From Promethearchaeota archaeon (GTDB lineage Archaea; Asgardarchaeota; Lokiarchaeia; Sigyniarchaeales; SOKP01): 64,000 bases of DNA. Location of the stretch: contig JAEOTR010000032.1 in assembly GCA_016839705.1 (NCBI GenBank), forward strand, positions 1 to 64,000, read 5' to 3'. The notes beneath the pieces are model-generated. The model searched no databases. It saw only the letters and a program-made list of their open reading frames with translations, and was not told the DNA's origin. The stretch's first letter is position 1. Each line of letters begins with the position of its first letter. Positions 1 to 9,445 of this stretch are shown in pieces. A program made the position numbers and the translations under genes.

Positions 1-249
1 ATGTTTAAGAATTAAATCTTTTTAAAGACAATAATTGAATAGTAAAAAAGAGGTAAATCATAAAACAAACTCAAATCAGTCCATTCTTCAATGTTTCCTT
101 TTATTAGTTTTTCTAAAAAGTTTTAATTCTTTTTATTTTAATTGATTCTATTATTTATAGTACAAATTAGAAGAGACAAGATTTTTAAGAAATTTAATAT
201 TTACCAACACAAACTAAATTAATAAATTCATAATTATTGATGATTAAAT

Positions 250-1134
250 TTGGCAAAAGCAGATGAATACAAGATGTTTCAGGGTTGTGTTATTGGCAAC
301 CGAATCCCATTTATTGAAGCCTCAGCAAGAAAAGTATTTGATAAACTTGGAATAAATACCTCTGATGCAGCATTTGCATGTTGTCCTGACCCTGTTGGGT
401 TTAATGGTACAGATCATGAATCCTGGCTTGCTATGGCTGCTCGTAACTTAACATTGGCAGAGCAAGAAGATAAAAATATAATTTCATTATGTAATGGTTG
501 TTTTCAGACACTTAAGCTTGTTAATGAAGAATTAAAACATGATGACCACGAAAGGGAAAAAGTTAATAATGTCTTAAAGACAATTGGAAGAGAGTTCAAA
601 GGATCTATAGATGTAAAGCATTTTGTTGAAGTTCTTCATGGATATACTGATAAAATAAAGGAACTTGTAACCAAAGATTTATCTGGATTAAAAGTTGCGT
701 GTCATACTGGATGCCATTATAACCGACCTTCAGAAAAAGTTCAAACCGATGATCCAATGAATCCTGTTAAATTGAGAGAAATAGTTGCGGCCTCAGGAGC
801 AGTTCCTGTAGATTATGCGGAAGAAGTACTCTGTTGCGGTACTGGAACTGGTAATACTGAAGAAGAACCTGCAATGCAAATCCTATCTAATAAATTAACA
901 AGTGCTATGAATGCGGGTGCTGAAGCCATGATTGTTAATTGTCCAGCGTGTTATCAACAATTTGACAATAACCAGAAAAAAGCAGAGAAAATTAATGACA
1001 GTACTTTTGGATTACCTGTTTTATACGTGACTGAACTACTAGCGCTCGCTTTTGGGGAAGATCCTAAAGATTTAGGATTAAATTTCCACCGTACAAGGTT
1101 AAAAGCACTCTTAGAGAAACTTGGATTTGAGTAA
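250..1134 (+). CDS. hdrB: Heterodisulfide reductase subunit B-like protein (two CCG domains)
   Basis: FQGC...CCPDP...CNGC and HTGCH...CCG...NCPAC motifs, LPVLYVTELLALA C-terminus; TTG start. Confidence 0.9.
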   Translation: MAKADEYKMFQGCVIGNRIPFIEASARKVFDKLGINTSDAAFACCPDPVGFNGTDHESWLAMAARNLTLAEQEDKNIISLCNGCFQTLKLVNEELKHDDHEREKVNNVLKTIGREFKGSIDVKHFVEVLHGYTDKIKELVTKDLSGLKVACHTGCHYNRPSEKVQTDDPMNPVKLREIVAASGAVPVDYAEEVLCCGTGTGNTEEEPAMQILSNKLTSAMNAGAEAMIVNCPACYQQFDNNQKKAEKINDSTFGLPVLYVTELLALAFGEDPKDLGLNFHRTRLKALLEKLGFE

Positions 1135-1163
1135 TCCATTCTTTTTATTTTAAAAGTTAAAAA

Positions 1164-1751
1164 TTACCAATTTCTTACTAATTCTTCTTGAGCAATGTCT
1201 CTTACGGTATCAATTGCCCATGTAACGAATTTATAGCACGTTTTTTCCCACACATTGTTTTTGAAATAATCCATAAAATCATCTTGATCACTAAAATCAT
1301 AACCACATAAATCCGGACAGCTAACTGAGCCAAATTCCCTTTCGAATGCTGTTGGAAATTGTGATCCTTTGATAAATGCAATAGGAACTAACTCGCTCTT
1401 CATTTTTTCTTGGCCTCCTATAATTACTCCAATTGCAGCGCAACTTCCACATACGACTCCGCAAGGAGCAGCGCATCCGTCTTTCGATTTATATCCTCCC
1501 AATCCAGCTGATAAGGGAATCATAAGATTATTGAATATCCCATTTTGGAATCCAAGAATCTCTAAAATACTTGTAAATGTTATCTCGGCACAACCTCCTT
1601 CAGCGGGGTTTATTTTAGGTAAAGTTTCTTCAAGCTTCTTAATTTTCTCATCAAATCTTTCATTTATATTGGATTTTTTTACCTTTTGTTTCGTAATTCT
1701 TTTCACCTTTTTATTAGATTTCCGAATTGCTGATTTTTCGCTATTGACCAT
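1164..1751 (-). CDS. C_GCAxxG_C_C family putative redox protein
   Basis: GGCAE, PCGVVCG, FGSVSC and a distal Cys in the family spacing. Confidence 0.8.
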   Translation of the reverse strand: MVNSEKSAIRKSNKKVKRITKQKVKKSNINERFDEKIKKLEETLPKINPAEGGCAEITFTSILEILGFQNGIFNNLMIPLSAGLGGYKSKDGCAAPCGVVCGSCAAIGVIIGGQEKMKSELVPIAFIKGSQFPTAFEREFGSVSCPDLCGYDFSDQDDFMDYFKNNVWEKTCYKFVTWAIDTVRDIAQEELVRNW

Positions 1752-1848
1752 TATGTAGAATTCACATTTAAACTTTTTGGGGGAATAGAACTCATATAGG
1801 AAAGGAATTTATCAATAAAAGAAACTTTGAAAACTAATATTCCGATTT

Positions 1849-3663
1849 CTAGACATTAAATATATCTGTGAGCAATTTTTCCATTTTAGGTATATCTGTT
1901 ATTTCTAAAACTTGACTAGATTCATAAGATTTTTCAAGAGTTTCCCATATTGACGTATTGTTTTGTATTGTTTCAATAAATTGCCCTAATTTTTGTTTTG
2001 CCAAATAAGTTTGTCCCTTATATAAATAACATACAGAAAAAGAGTTAACGGATTGCATAAGGAGAGTGTCATCTCCAAATTTGACTCTATCTAGCCCTTG
2101 GGAAAAATATTCGTCGCTAAAAGAATTAAATGCTGATAAAAAACTACCAAATAGATCATCATCTCGTTGCCATTTATCTGTAAAAGGAAACGAAAATATA
2201 GGAACTCCACCCTCACCTATGATAAGGAGTAATAGTGGTTGTTCATTTGTAGGGTCATCGGGTTCAATCTCTCCCCTTCCTTGCATACGGTCTATAACAT
2301 CATCAACTGAAGCTAGTTTTAAGCGTTCTGATACAGACGCTTTCGTTTTCTTGATCGATTCCCATAATTTCAGTTCTTCTAGTAGCTTATCATGTTCCTT
2401 TGAGATAGCATTAGCCAATCGTTTAAGACCATGCTCATCTGCGATTTGTTGTGATTCAACCAATAATTTTCGAGCATCTAACATATTTAATTGAAGTAAG
2501 ACCAATTTTGCTTGAAGTAATTTAACATTCGCTGTCAATGCGGGGGAATTTTGCTGTATCGCATATTTGTCCAATTGATCAATCAGAGGATAAATATCAT
2601 CCAAGATTTCCATCTTGTTAGAAATTTGGAATTCCTGAAAATACCAAATACAAAGATGAATTAAGGCAGTTACAACAGTATAAGGAGATTCTTCATTCTT
2701 TATTACATCTTTGAGGAGCTGTTCAGCTTCAGCGATATCTCGCATTCTGCCACTAGACTTAAGTATTAAAGCTTGAGATAACTGGTAGGGGGATATATCT
2801 AATGGTATTTTGTTTTTTTCTAAAAAATCTTTAAACTGCTGTAAATAATTCTGCGCTTGAGAAACGTTCTTTTGAGCAAGTAAAACCGTAATAATATTTT
2901 GATATGTTTCTTGAAACCACCATCCCATTTTCCCCTTATTATAAATTTCAAGACTGCGTTTATGGTGTTCAAGTGAAAGACCTAATTCACCTTTTGCCAT
3001 ATATGTATGTCCCATACCACGATAAAGTGTTCCAACTAAAAAGGATAGATAATCATCACTTTTAACACATGATAATGCTCTTTTAGCAGATTCTAATGCA
3101 AGATCTAATTCACCTTTTCCGTTATATATATTAACCAAGAGAATGAGTGAGAGAAGAATAATTTGAGATAATGGGTCATTTTGCTCATAGAAAGCTAGAC
3201 ATTTATTAATGTTGTCAAAAGCAAGGTCAAAATAAGCTTGCCAAAATAGTACATGTGCTTTCATGTGAAACATATTTGCTTCTCTTTCATGATAATTTAA
3301 TGAATCATCTCGAGGAATTGACTTTAATATGTTGTCACCTTGCTCAACTAAATCCATACCTATAGAAAAATTGCCATATATACCCATAATCATCCATTTT
3401 AAAAATACAGCATCTACTGAATAAAGAGGCATCTTCACTTCTTGACTCTGTAGGTATAGACGGTCAGCGATTTCAAGAGCCCTTTTAAGCGGGCCAATAC
3501 TTAAATGAACCCATCCTTTTTGTACTTGAATTATTAATTTTTCTTCGAGTGTGAGATTTTCTTCTCGTTTTAATTTCATAAGCTCTTGAAGAGCTTGCTT
3601 GAATTCGCCTTGATCAATCAAATTTTTTGTAAATTTTAATTTTTTGGAGGGAGGGTTAATCAT
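1849..3663 (-). CDS. TPR-repeat protein with C-terminal longin/roadblock-like domain
   Basis: TPR-like helices (KGELDLALE...AL, KGELGLSLE...SL); C-terminal LLLIIGEGGVPIFS...FLSAFNSFS domain; paralog of 14207..16015. Confidence 0.75.
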   Translation of the reverse strand: MINPPSKKLKFTKNLIDQGEFKQALQELMKLKREENLTLEEKLIIQVQKGWVHLSIGPLKRALEIADRLYLQSQEVKMPLYSVDAVFLKWMIMGIYGNFSIGMDLVEQGDNILKSIPRDDSLNYHEREANMFHMKAHVLFWQAYFDLAFDNINKCLAFYEQNDPLSQIILLSLILLVNIYNGKGELDLALESAKRALSCVKSDDYLSFLVGTLYRGMGHTYMAKGELGLSLEHHKRSLEIYNKGKMGWWFQETYQNIITVLLAQKNVSQAQNYLQQFKDFLEKNKIPLDISPYQLSQALILKSSGRMRDIAEAEQLLKDVIKNEESPYTVVTALIHLCIWYFQEFQISNKMEILDDIYPLIDQLDKYAIQQNSPALTANVKLLQAKLVLLQLNMLDARKLLVESQQIADEHGLKRLANAISKEHDKLLEELKLWESIKKTKASVSERLKLASVDDVIDRMQGRGEIEPDDPTNEQPLLLLIIGEGGVPIFSFPFTDKWQRDDDLFGSFLSAFNSFSDEYFSQGLDRVKFGDDTLLMQSVNSFSVCYLYKGQTYLAKQKLGQFIETIQNNTSIWETLEKSYESSQVLEITDIPKMEKLLTDIFNV

Positions 3664-3744
3664 TTTGGATCTTCTAGAATTCTTAGAAATTTAAAAAAAT
3701 GGAAGTAGCTTTTCCTTATAAGGATTATGTATTTAAGAAGAATA

Positions 3745-4917
3745 TTATTTCATCTTTCTAAGCAAATTTTCAATTTCAATTGAAAGATTATTAGGCATTT
3801 TTTTCAATACTGCTTGAGCAGAATTGGGGTTACCTCCCCCTTTTCCATTATACTGTTCAATTAATTTCTGGAGTAATTGATTTGCATCGATTTTTTCATT
3901 TTTTGAAAGCACTCTTATTTTATTATTTCCAATGTTTAAAATAAGGATCGCATTTTCAGGGAAAATATCCAACATTTTACTAAGAATTTTAATATCAACA
4001 TCAAATTCAATATAGAAAAGAGGCATTTTGTTTACTATTTTAGAAGGTAATTTTGATTTTAATTCTAACAGCTTCATAGATAATTCTTTTTGTTCTCTTT
4101 GAAGATTTTTTAGTGAATCGAAACGCTTAACGACACTCTCACGAAATCTTTCTAAGGGACTATTAAGTTCGATTACAACAGACATTAGATCTACATTCAT
4201 ATCAGAAACCATTGATATGGCTTTGTTTCCTACGTAGTACCTTATTTCATTCCCTTTCTTAAAATCAAAAATAAACAAGTTTCCTATTTCAATTGTGGTT
4301 CGGACATGAGTTCCTCCACAACATACTAAATCGAGATTTTGAATCTCCATAAGACGAACATGGGGCTCTTCAGGGATAATACTTCGAATTTTTGGGACTA
4401 GTTCTTTTACCTCTTCTTGAGATACAATTCTTGAAGTGATTTTCAGATCTCTTGATGTGCAAATTTTATTCACTTCATATAAAATCTCTTTTAACTGACT
4501 TGAATCTATTGTTTGAGACCATTGGAGATACACTTCTTCAAAATTAAGATTTGCCCGAATAGTATCGATATTGTACTTACTCTTTAATAACGCGGAAAAA
4601 ACATGTTGAGAAGAATGAGCTTTCATCAACCCATATCTATACTGCCAATCAATTTCTCCAATGAGTTCATCTCCTACACGGATTTCATCTTTAAAATCAC
4701 CCTTGATGTGATGTAAAATGTCTTCTCCTTCTTTACTTACATGGTTCACCTGAAATTCATCATTTTTTATTTTAAGATTACCCCGATCACTTAGCTGATT
4801 ACCACTTTCAGGATAAAATAAGGTTTGATCTAAGATTATTCCATTTTCCTCAATCGATTTAACTATAGCTGAAAATTTTGTTTCATAAGGGGAATCCCAA
4901 TATAATTTTATCGTCAT
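3745..4917 (-). CDS. alaX: Alanyl-tRNA editing protein, AlaX-L type, with C-terminal DHHA1/C-Ala domain
   Basis: TLFYPESGNQLSD, HSSQH and CGGTH zinc motifs, GKGGG near the C-terminus; start moved to ATG 4917 (MTIKLY). Confidence 0.85.
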   Translation of the reverse strand: MTIKLYWDSPYETKFSAIVKSIEENGIILDQTLFYPESGNQLSDRGNLKIKNDEFQVNHVSKEGEDILHHIKGDFKDEIRVGDELIGEIDWQYRYGLMKAHSSQHVFSALLKSKYNIDTIRANLNFEEVYLQWSQTIDSSQLKEILYEVNKICTSRDLKITSRIVSQEEVKELVPKIRSIIPEEPHVRLMEIQNLDLVCCGGTHVRTTIEIGNLFIFDFKKGNEIRYYVGNKAISMVSDMNVDLMSVVIELNSPLERFRESVVKRFDSLKNLQREQKELSMKLLELKSKLPSKIVNKMPLFYIEFDVDIKILSKMLDIFPENAILILNIGNNKIRVLSKNEKIDANQLLQKLIEQYNGKGGGNPNSAQAVLKKMPNNLSIEIENLLRKMK

Positions 4918-5021
4918 TATTTGATATCTCTTGAAAAGATTAATATGAGAATATATCAATTAATATTCTAACGTATTTCAAATTTTAAGAAACAAAATAT
5001 AATAGCGTAAGTTAGTTATAG

Positions 5022-5921
5022 ATGGTAGAATTTGTAAGAACTCCAGAAGAAAGATTTAAGAATATTCCTAACTTTCCCTATGAACCGCATTACATTGAAA
5101 ATCTAAAAGGTTACGAAGAACTAAGGATGTGTTATTATGATGAAGGTCCAAAGGATTCTAAAGAAGTATTTTTATGTCTTCATGGAGAACCAACATGGAG
5201 TTATTTATATCGAAAAATGATTCCTGTTTTTTTGAACGCAGGATATCGCATTGTTGCTCCCGATTTTTTTGGGTTTGGGAGGTCTGATAAACCAGTGAAT
5301 GATGAAATTTACACTTTTGATTTTCATAGAAATTCACTGATAGAGTTCATACTTTTGTTAGATTTAGAAAATATAACACTTGTTGGACAAGACTGGGGAG
5401 GGATCTTTGGGCTTACGTTGCCAATGGAATTTCCAAATAGATTTAAACGGTTAATATTAATGAATACGATATTACCAACTGGTGATTTTGAAATTTCCCA
5501 AGGATTTAAAGCATTTCGAGACTTTATGAGTAGGACTCCAGATGTTGATGCAGGACGTTTAATTAAAAGTGTGACAAGACACTTAACCCCTGAAGAAGTT
5601 TCTGCTTACAACGCCCCTTTTTTAGATATAAAGGATAAAGCGGGTATTAGGAGATTTCCCCAATTGGTTCCTACTAGTTATGATGCCCCCGGAGGTGAGA
5701 TTTCAAGAAAGGTTCGAGATTGGTTCCTAAACGAATGGTCTGGCGAATCTTTTATGGCTGTAGGTATGGCAGATCCCGTACTTGGACCACCGATGATGGA
5801 AATTTTAAGAGGAATGATTCCAAGATGTCCTAAACCGCTGGAAATCAAAGACGCGGGCCATTTTGTTCAAGAATGGGGTGAAATTATAGCTAAAAAAGCA
5901 TTAGAAGCTTTTAATCTTTAA
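5022..5921 (+). CDS. Haloalkane dehalogenase (alpha/beta hydrolase, DhlA-like)
   Basis: RTPEERF start, LHGEPTWSYLY, GFGRSDKP, nucleophile QDWGG, acid DPVLG, GHFVQE. Confidence 0.9.
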   Translation: MVEFVRTPEERFKNIPNFPYEPHYIENLKGYEELRMCYYDEGPKDSKEVFLCLHGEPTWSYLYRKMIPVFLNAGYRIVAPDFFGFGRSDKPVNDEIYTFDFHRNSLIEFILLLDLENITLVGQDWGGIFGLTLPMEFPNRFKRLILMNTILPTGDFEISQGFKAFRDFMSRTPDVDAGRLIKSVTRHLTPEEVSAYNAPFLDIKDKAGIRRFPQLVPTSYDAPGGEISRKVRDWFLNEWSGESFMAVGMADPVLGPPMMEILRGMIPRCPKPLEIKDAGHFVQEWGEIIAKKALEAFNL

Positions 5922-5945
5922 ATATAGTGATAATTTTTAATTCCC

Positions 5946-6599
5946 TTAATTCAGAGAAGTATCTTCATACCACTTTGCTATCAAATTATTTTTCTTAATA
6001 TATCTTAAAAAGTAAACAGTTAATATTAACCCGACTATAGATTCGATAATCCAAATAAGTTCATAAACAGTTAAATTATAGTTTTGCCACTGCCCGATAG
6101 AATATAATAGAAATTCAGGATTCTGAAATATTGCCCATGGAGTAAATAATTCTATATACTTATGTGAAGGAAGATCTAATAAAAGATGTGTAAACCCACC
6201 TATAAAAGCCGAATAAATGGCAACGATTAGCGATTTGCGGTCGTATTTCTTTTTTCTTAATTTATCCCAACTTTCGATACCTAAATAATTCAATGGTCTT
6301 GCTAAGATTCCTTCATTTTTGGCGACTCGAGAAAAAAAGGGAAATAAATTCTTGCGGAATAGCATTGTCAATAAAAGTGTTAAAGGTATTGTATAGTATA
6401 TCAGACCTAATAAACTATGAGAAACAACTCTCAAAGTAAATGGTAAAAAGATGTCAATTAAGATTGTTATATCGGGAACAAATGTGCCGATACAAAGAGC
6501 TGTACCATCAAATTTTTTTGGATACTTTATTTTTAATGCTAACCCTGGGGCTTGATGAGAAAATATACTACTTGGCATTTCATTAATATACCTTTTCAT
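5946..6599 (-). CDS. DUF4184 / metal-dependent membrane hydrolase-like protein
   Basis: MPS..FSH, G..VPD, SHS and THLLLD motifs in hydrophobic segments. Confidence 0.7.
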   Translation of the reverse strand: MKRYINEMPSSIFSHQAPGLALKIKYPKKFDGTALCIGTFVPDITILIDIFLPFTLRVVSHSLLGLIYYTIPLTLLLTMLFRKNLFPFFSRVAKNEGILARPLNYLGIESWDKLRKKKYDRKSLIVAIYSAFIGGFTHLLLDLPSHKYIELFTPWAIFQNPEFLLYSIGQWQNYNLTVYELIWIIESIVGLILTVYFLRYIKKNNLIAKWYEDTSLN

Positions 6600-6613
6600 T
6601 AATTCAATATAAA

Positions 6614-7927
6614 CTAAATTAATTTTCCGTAAAGATTAAAACCTTCGATTCTATCAATTCTTACTTTCTTGTACGTCCCAAAATCACCGTCATATCCTTC
6701 TAGGAACACATTTTTGTAAGCAAAATTCCTACCAAAAGCTTGAGATGGTTCATTTCCTTCGTGTAATAAAATAACTTCACCTTCCCAATTTATCCAAGTG
6801 TCATTTATATGTTCTAAACTATTCCGGAAAATTGTTGATAATCTCATTGACCTATCTTTTATAATTTTACTATTGAGCTGTTTCATTTTTTTTGCTTCAG
6901 TTCCAGGTCGTGGGGTAAATTTTGAAATATTTAAAATTTCAGGTTTAAGCCATTTTATCAAATTTTCAGTTCTAAGGAAATCATATTCAGTTTCACCAGG
7001 AAATCCGCAAATAATATCGGTAGAAATCGTAAGAGCTGGAAATTCTTTCCTTAATATGTCGATTTTATCAACAATATCTGAGATCAAATATTTTCTTTGC
7101 ATTTTCATTAAAATTCTATTACTTCCCGATTGAATAGGGATATGTAAAAACTGATAAACTTTCGGTAATTTGAAAATGGAAATTAACTGCTCTAGATTTT
7201 TAATCAAAAAACTAGGATTTACCATCCCTATTCTTAAAAAAAATTCAAAACCTAAATTATTAATGTCATTTACTAAATCTGATAACTGTGTTCCATCATA
7301 TTGATAAACTCCGCAATCTTGAGAAGTTAAGTAAATCTGTTTAATTCCTTGTGTTAACTGATGCTCTAGATTCCTAATGATATTGTTTGGATCATAACAT
7401 TTTAATTTTCCTCTCGCATGTTTAACACAACAATAAGTACAAGAACCTAAGCACCCTTCTGAAATAGGTATTATCCCCGTAATCTTCCCCTTGGGATGAG
7501 TGATTAAAATTTCAGATTTATCAATGAATTCCTTTGACTTATAAATAAGATTTTTCTTTCCCTGTTTAATTTCATTAAAGATTGAAGGAAGATCTTTAAA
7601 ATTATCTAGATCTATAATGGCTGAAAATGATGGTATGGTATTTTTAACTACATCTATATAATTAGGACTAATATGAGGTAAACAACCGGCAACAATTATA
7701 TATTTATCAGTAATATTATTATATTTTTCATGTAAAGATTTCAAACGCTCTAAAATTCTCTTTTCAGTCTGCTCCTTTACAGCACATGTATTTATTATTA
7801 TAAATTGAGCATCTTCTAGTTTAGCTTGAGTAAAACCTGAATTTCTTAAAATATTAGTAATAATATATGAATCTGCTTTATTTGAAGTACAACCGTACGT
7901 TTCAATATAAAAAGAATTCTCAAGCAA
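6614..7927 (-). CDS. tRNA methylthiotransferase (MiaB/MtaB-like radical SAM, archaeal t6A37 type)
   Basis: ETYGC..N..DS, NTCAVK, VAGC, CLGSCTYC radical SAM motif, TDIICGFPGET, C-terminal TRAM-like region. Confidence 0.9.
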   Translation of the reverse strand: MLENSFYIETYGCTSNKADSYIITNILRNSGFTQAKLEDAQFIIINTCAVKEQTEKRILERLKSLHEKYNNITDKYIIVAGCLPHISPNYIDVVKNTIPSFSAIIDLDNFKDLPSIFNEIKQGKKNLIYKSKEFIDKSEILITHPKGKITGIIPISEGCLGSCTYCCVKHARGKLKCYDPNNIIRNLEHQLTQGIKQIYLTSQDCGVYQYDGTQLSDLVNDINNLGFEFFLRIGMVNPSFLIKNLEQLISIFKLPKVYQFLHIPIQSGSNRILMKMQRKYLISDIVDKIDILRKEFPALTISTDIICGFPGETEYDFLRTENLIKWLKPEILNISKFTPRPGTEAKKMKQLNSKIIKDRSMRLSTIFRNSLEHINDTWINWEGEVILLHEGNEPSQAFGRNFAYKNVFLEGYDGDFGTYKKVRIDRIEGFNLYGKLI

Positions 7928-8048
7928 ATCTAATTCATTTAAAAGGAATATAATAGTTTATTACATGAACTTGATTATTAAAAACACTTATTAGTTAAAA
8001 TAGTCTTATATTACGAAACACATATTACACATTTAGAGCTGGGTAAGA

Positions 8049-8486
8049 ATGTCAACAAAAATCAAATATTCCTATTGTAATATATGCAAGCATGAAGTAG
8101 AAACCCCAAGTAAAAAACCACTTACCAGAATGCAAATAACAATTTGGGTAATTGTCATGGTCGCGACATTTGGATTAGCTGCTATAGTTTTTGCGATATA
8201 TTATTCTATGAGACCAAAGGAATATTGTCCGGAATGCAACACTAAATTAGTTAAATCAGATAAACCATTTGAAAAACCCAAAAAGAAACCTGAAGATATG
8301 ACTGCAAAGGAAAAAATACTTGATAAAGCAGGGATTGAAGAAGAGAAATCCAAGAAGAGAGCTCCAAAAAAGAAACCCATTGAGGACAAATCTAAGGAGG
8401 AGGAGGAAATTCTGTGTCCTTATTGTGGTGAAGAACTAAAGAAAAAATATCCTACTTGCCCATTTTGCCAATCTGTGTTAGACTGA
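8049..8486 (+). CDS. LITAF-like zinc-binding membrane protein with a second C-terminal zinc ribbon
   Basis: CNIC, hydrophobic segment, CPEC, Lys/Glu linker, then CPYCG..CPFC. Confidence 0.65.
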   Translation: MSTKIKYSYCNICKHEVETPSKKPLTRMQITIWVIVMVATFGLAAIVFAIYYSMRPKEYCPECNTKLVKSDKPFEKPKKKPEDMTAKEKILDKAGIEEEKSKKRAPKKKPIEDKSKEEEEILCPYCGEELKKKYPTCPFCQSVLD

Positions 8487-8616
8487 TTTTAACAATTTCA
8501 AAAAACAAATAATATTTGTTTACATCTTAAAAATAATAAAAATAAATAGTAGAACGACCAAATATAAAATTATAGAAATTGAAAACCTAAATTATAACAA
8601 AATTTAAAATATAAAA

Positions 8617-9399
8617 GTGAATAAAAATATGCCAAGAGGAAGTCGTAAAGCACCAGTAAGAGAAGCTCATCCCTTAGATGCGTATAGTACCTGGGATATT
8701 CGTTTCGCAAAATTTATCTATTATGGCTTTATACTCGCTTCAGTTGTTCTTGTGTTAGGAATTTGGGCACTGATCCTCACTATACTTCTTCCCGCCGGAG
8801 CGTGGGCTGCTTTCTTAGCACTCGAGCTAGGGTATCAGATTGCAATAATCGCAGGTGCAATCACGGGTCATTTATTCTTGTTAGTACTGTTTTATACCCT
8901 TTTTCGTGGAGGTATGGTACGGTTATGCCAAGTGTTATTTAAAGACCGGCTTGTCGCTAAAAAGTGGGAAGATTATTATGGACTAAGAATGCTGGTAGGT
9001 GTTGCTCTTATCGGTCTTTATATAACTGTATTAAGTCTTCTGATAGGTCTCCTTCCAACTGTATTCTTTAACACACTCGGAGCTATGTGGCTATGGATGG
9101 TAGCGAATTTTAATATAGGTCATTGGATACTCTGGATAGGAGCGGATATACTTATAATAGTTGCAATTATCTTTATAGGTTTAGCATTATGGAATAGGGG
9201 TGTATTTTGGGTACTTAGTCATGTAAAAGAAATCGAAGAAGAAATAGAAATCGAAGAAGAAATTAAAAAGGAAGCTATTCGAGACTCTGATGAAAGAACT
9301 CTTCGAGCTATATATAAGAAGGAATCGGGACAGAAAGCAATCTATAGAGGTAAGGAAACTAAAGGTTATCAAGAGTGGAAGAAGAAATTGAACGTGTAA
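8617..9399 (+). CDS. Hypothetical membrane protein (about 4 TM)
   Basis: Long hydrophobic segments, charged C-terminal tail. Confidence 0.75.
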   Translation: MNKNMPRGSRKAPVREAHPLDAYSTWDIRFAKFIYYGFILASVVLVLGIWALILTILLPAGAWAAFLALELGYQIAIIAGAITGHLFLLVLFYTLFRGGMVRLCQVLFKDRLVAKKWEDYYGLRMLVGVALIGLYITVLSLLIGLLPTVFFNTLGAMWLWMVANFNIGHWILWIGADILIIVAIIFIGLALWNRGVFWVLSHVKEIEEEIEIEEEIKKEAIRDSDERTLRAIYKKESGQKAIYRGKETKGYQEWKKKLNV

Positions 9400-9445
9400 A
9401 ACAAAGAGTAATAAATAAAAAAGTAAATTATAATTTTTTTATATC

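Noticed and set aside
250-1134. Possible selenocysteine recoding in Hdr/CCG or other redox genes
   Set aside because: The Cys motifs are complete with no in-frame TGA, and I could not identify a SECIS-like element.
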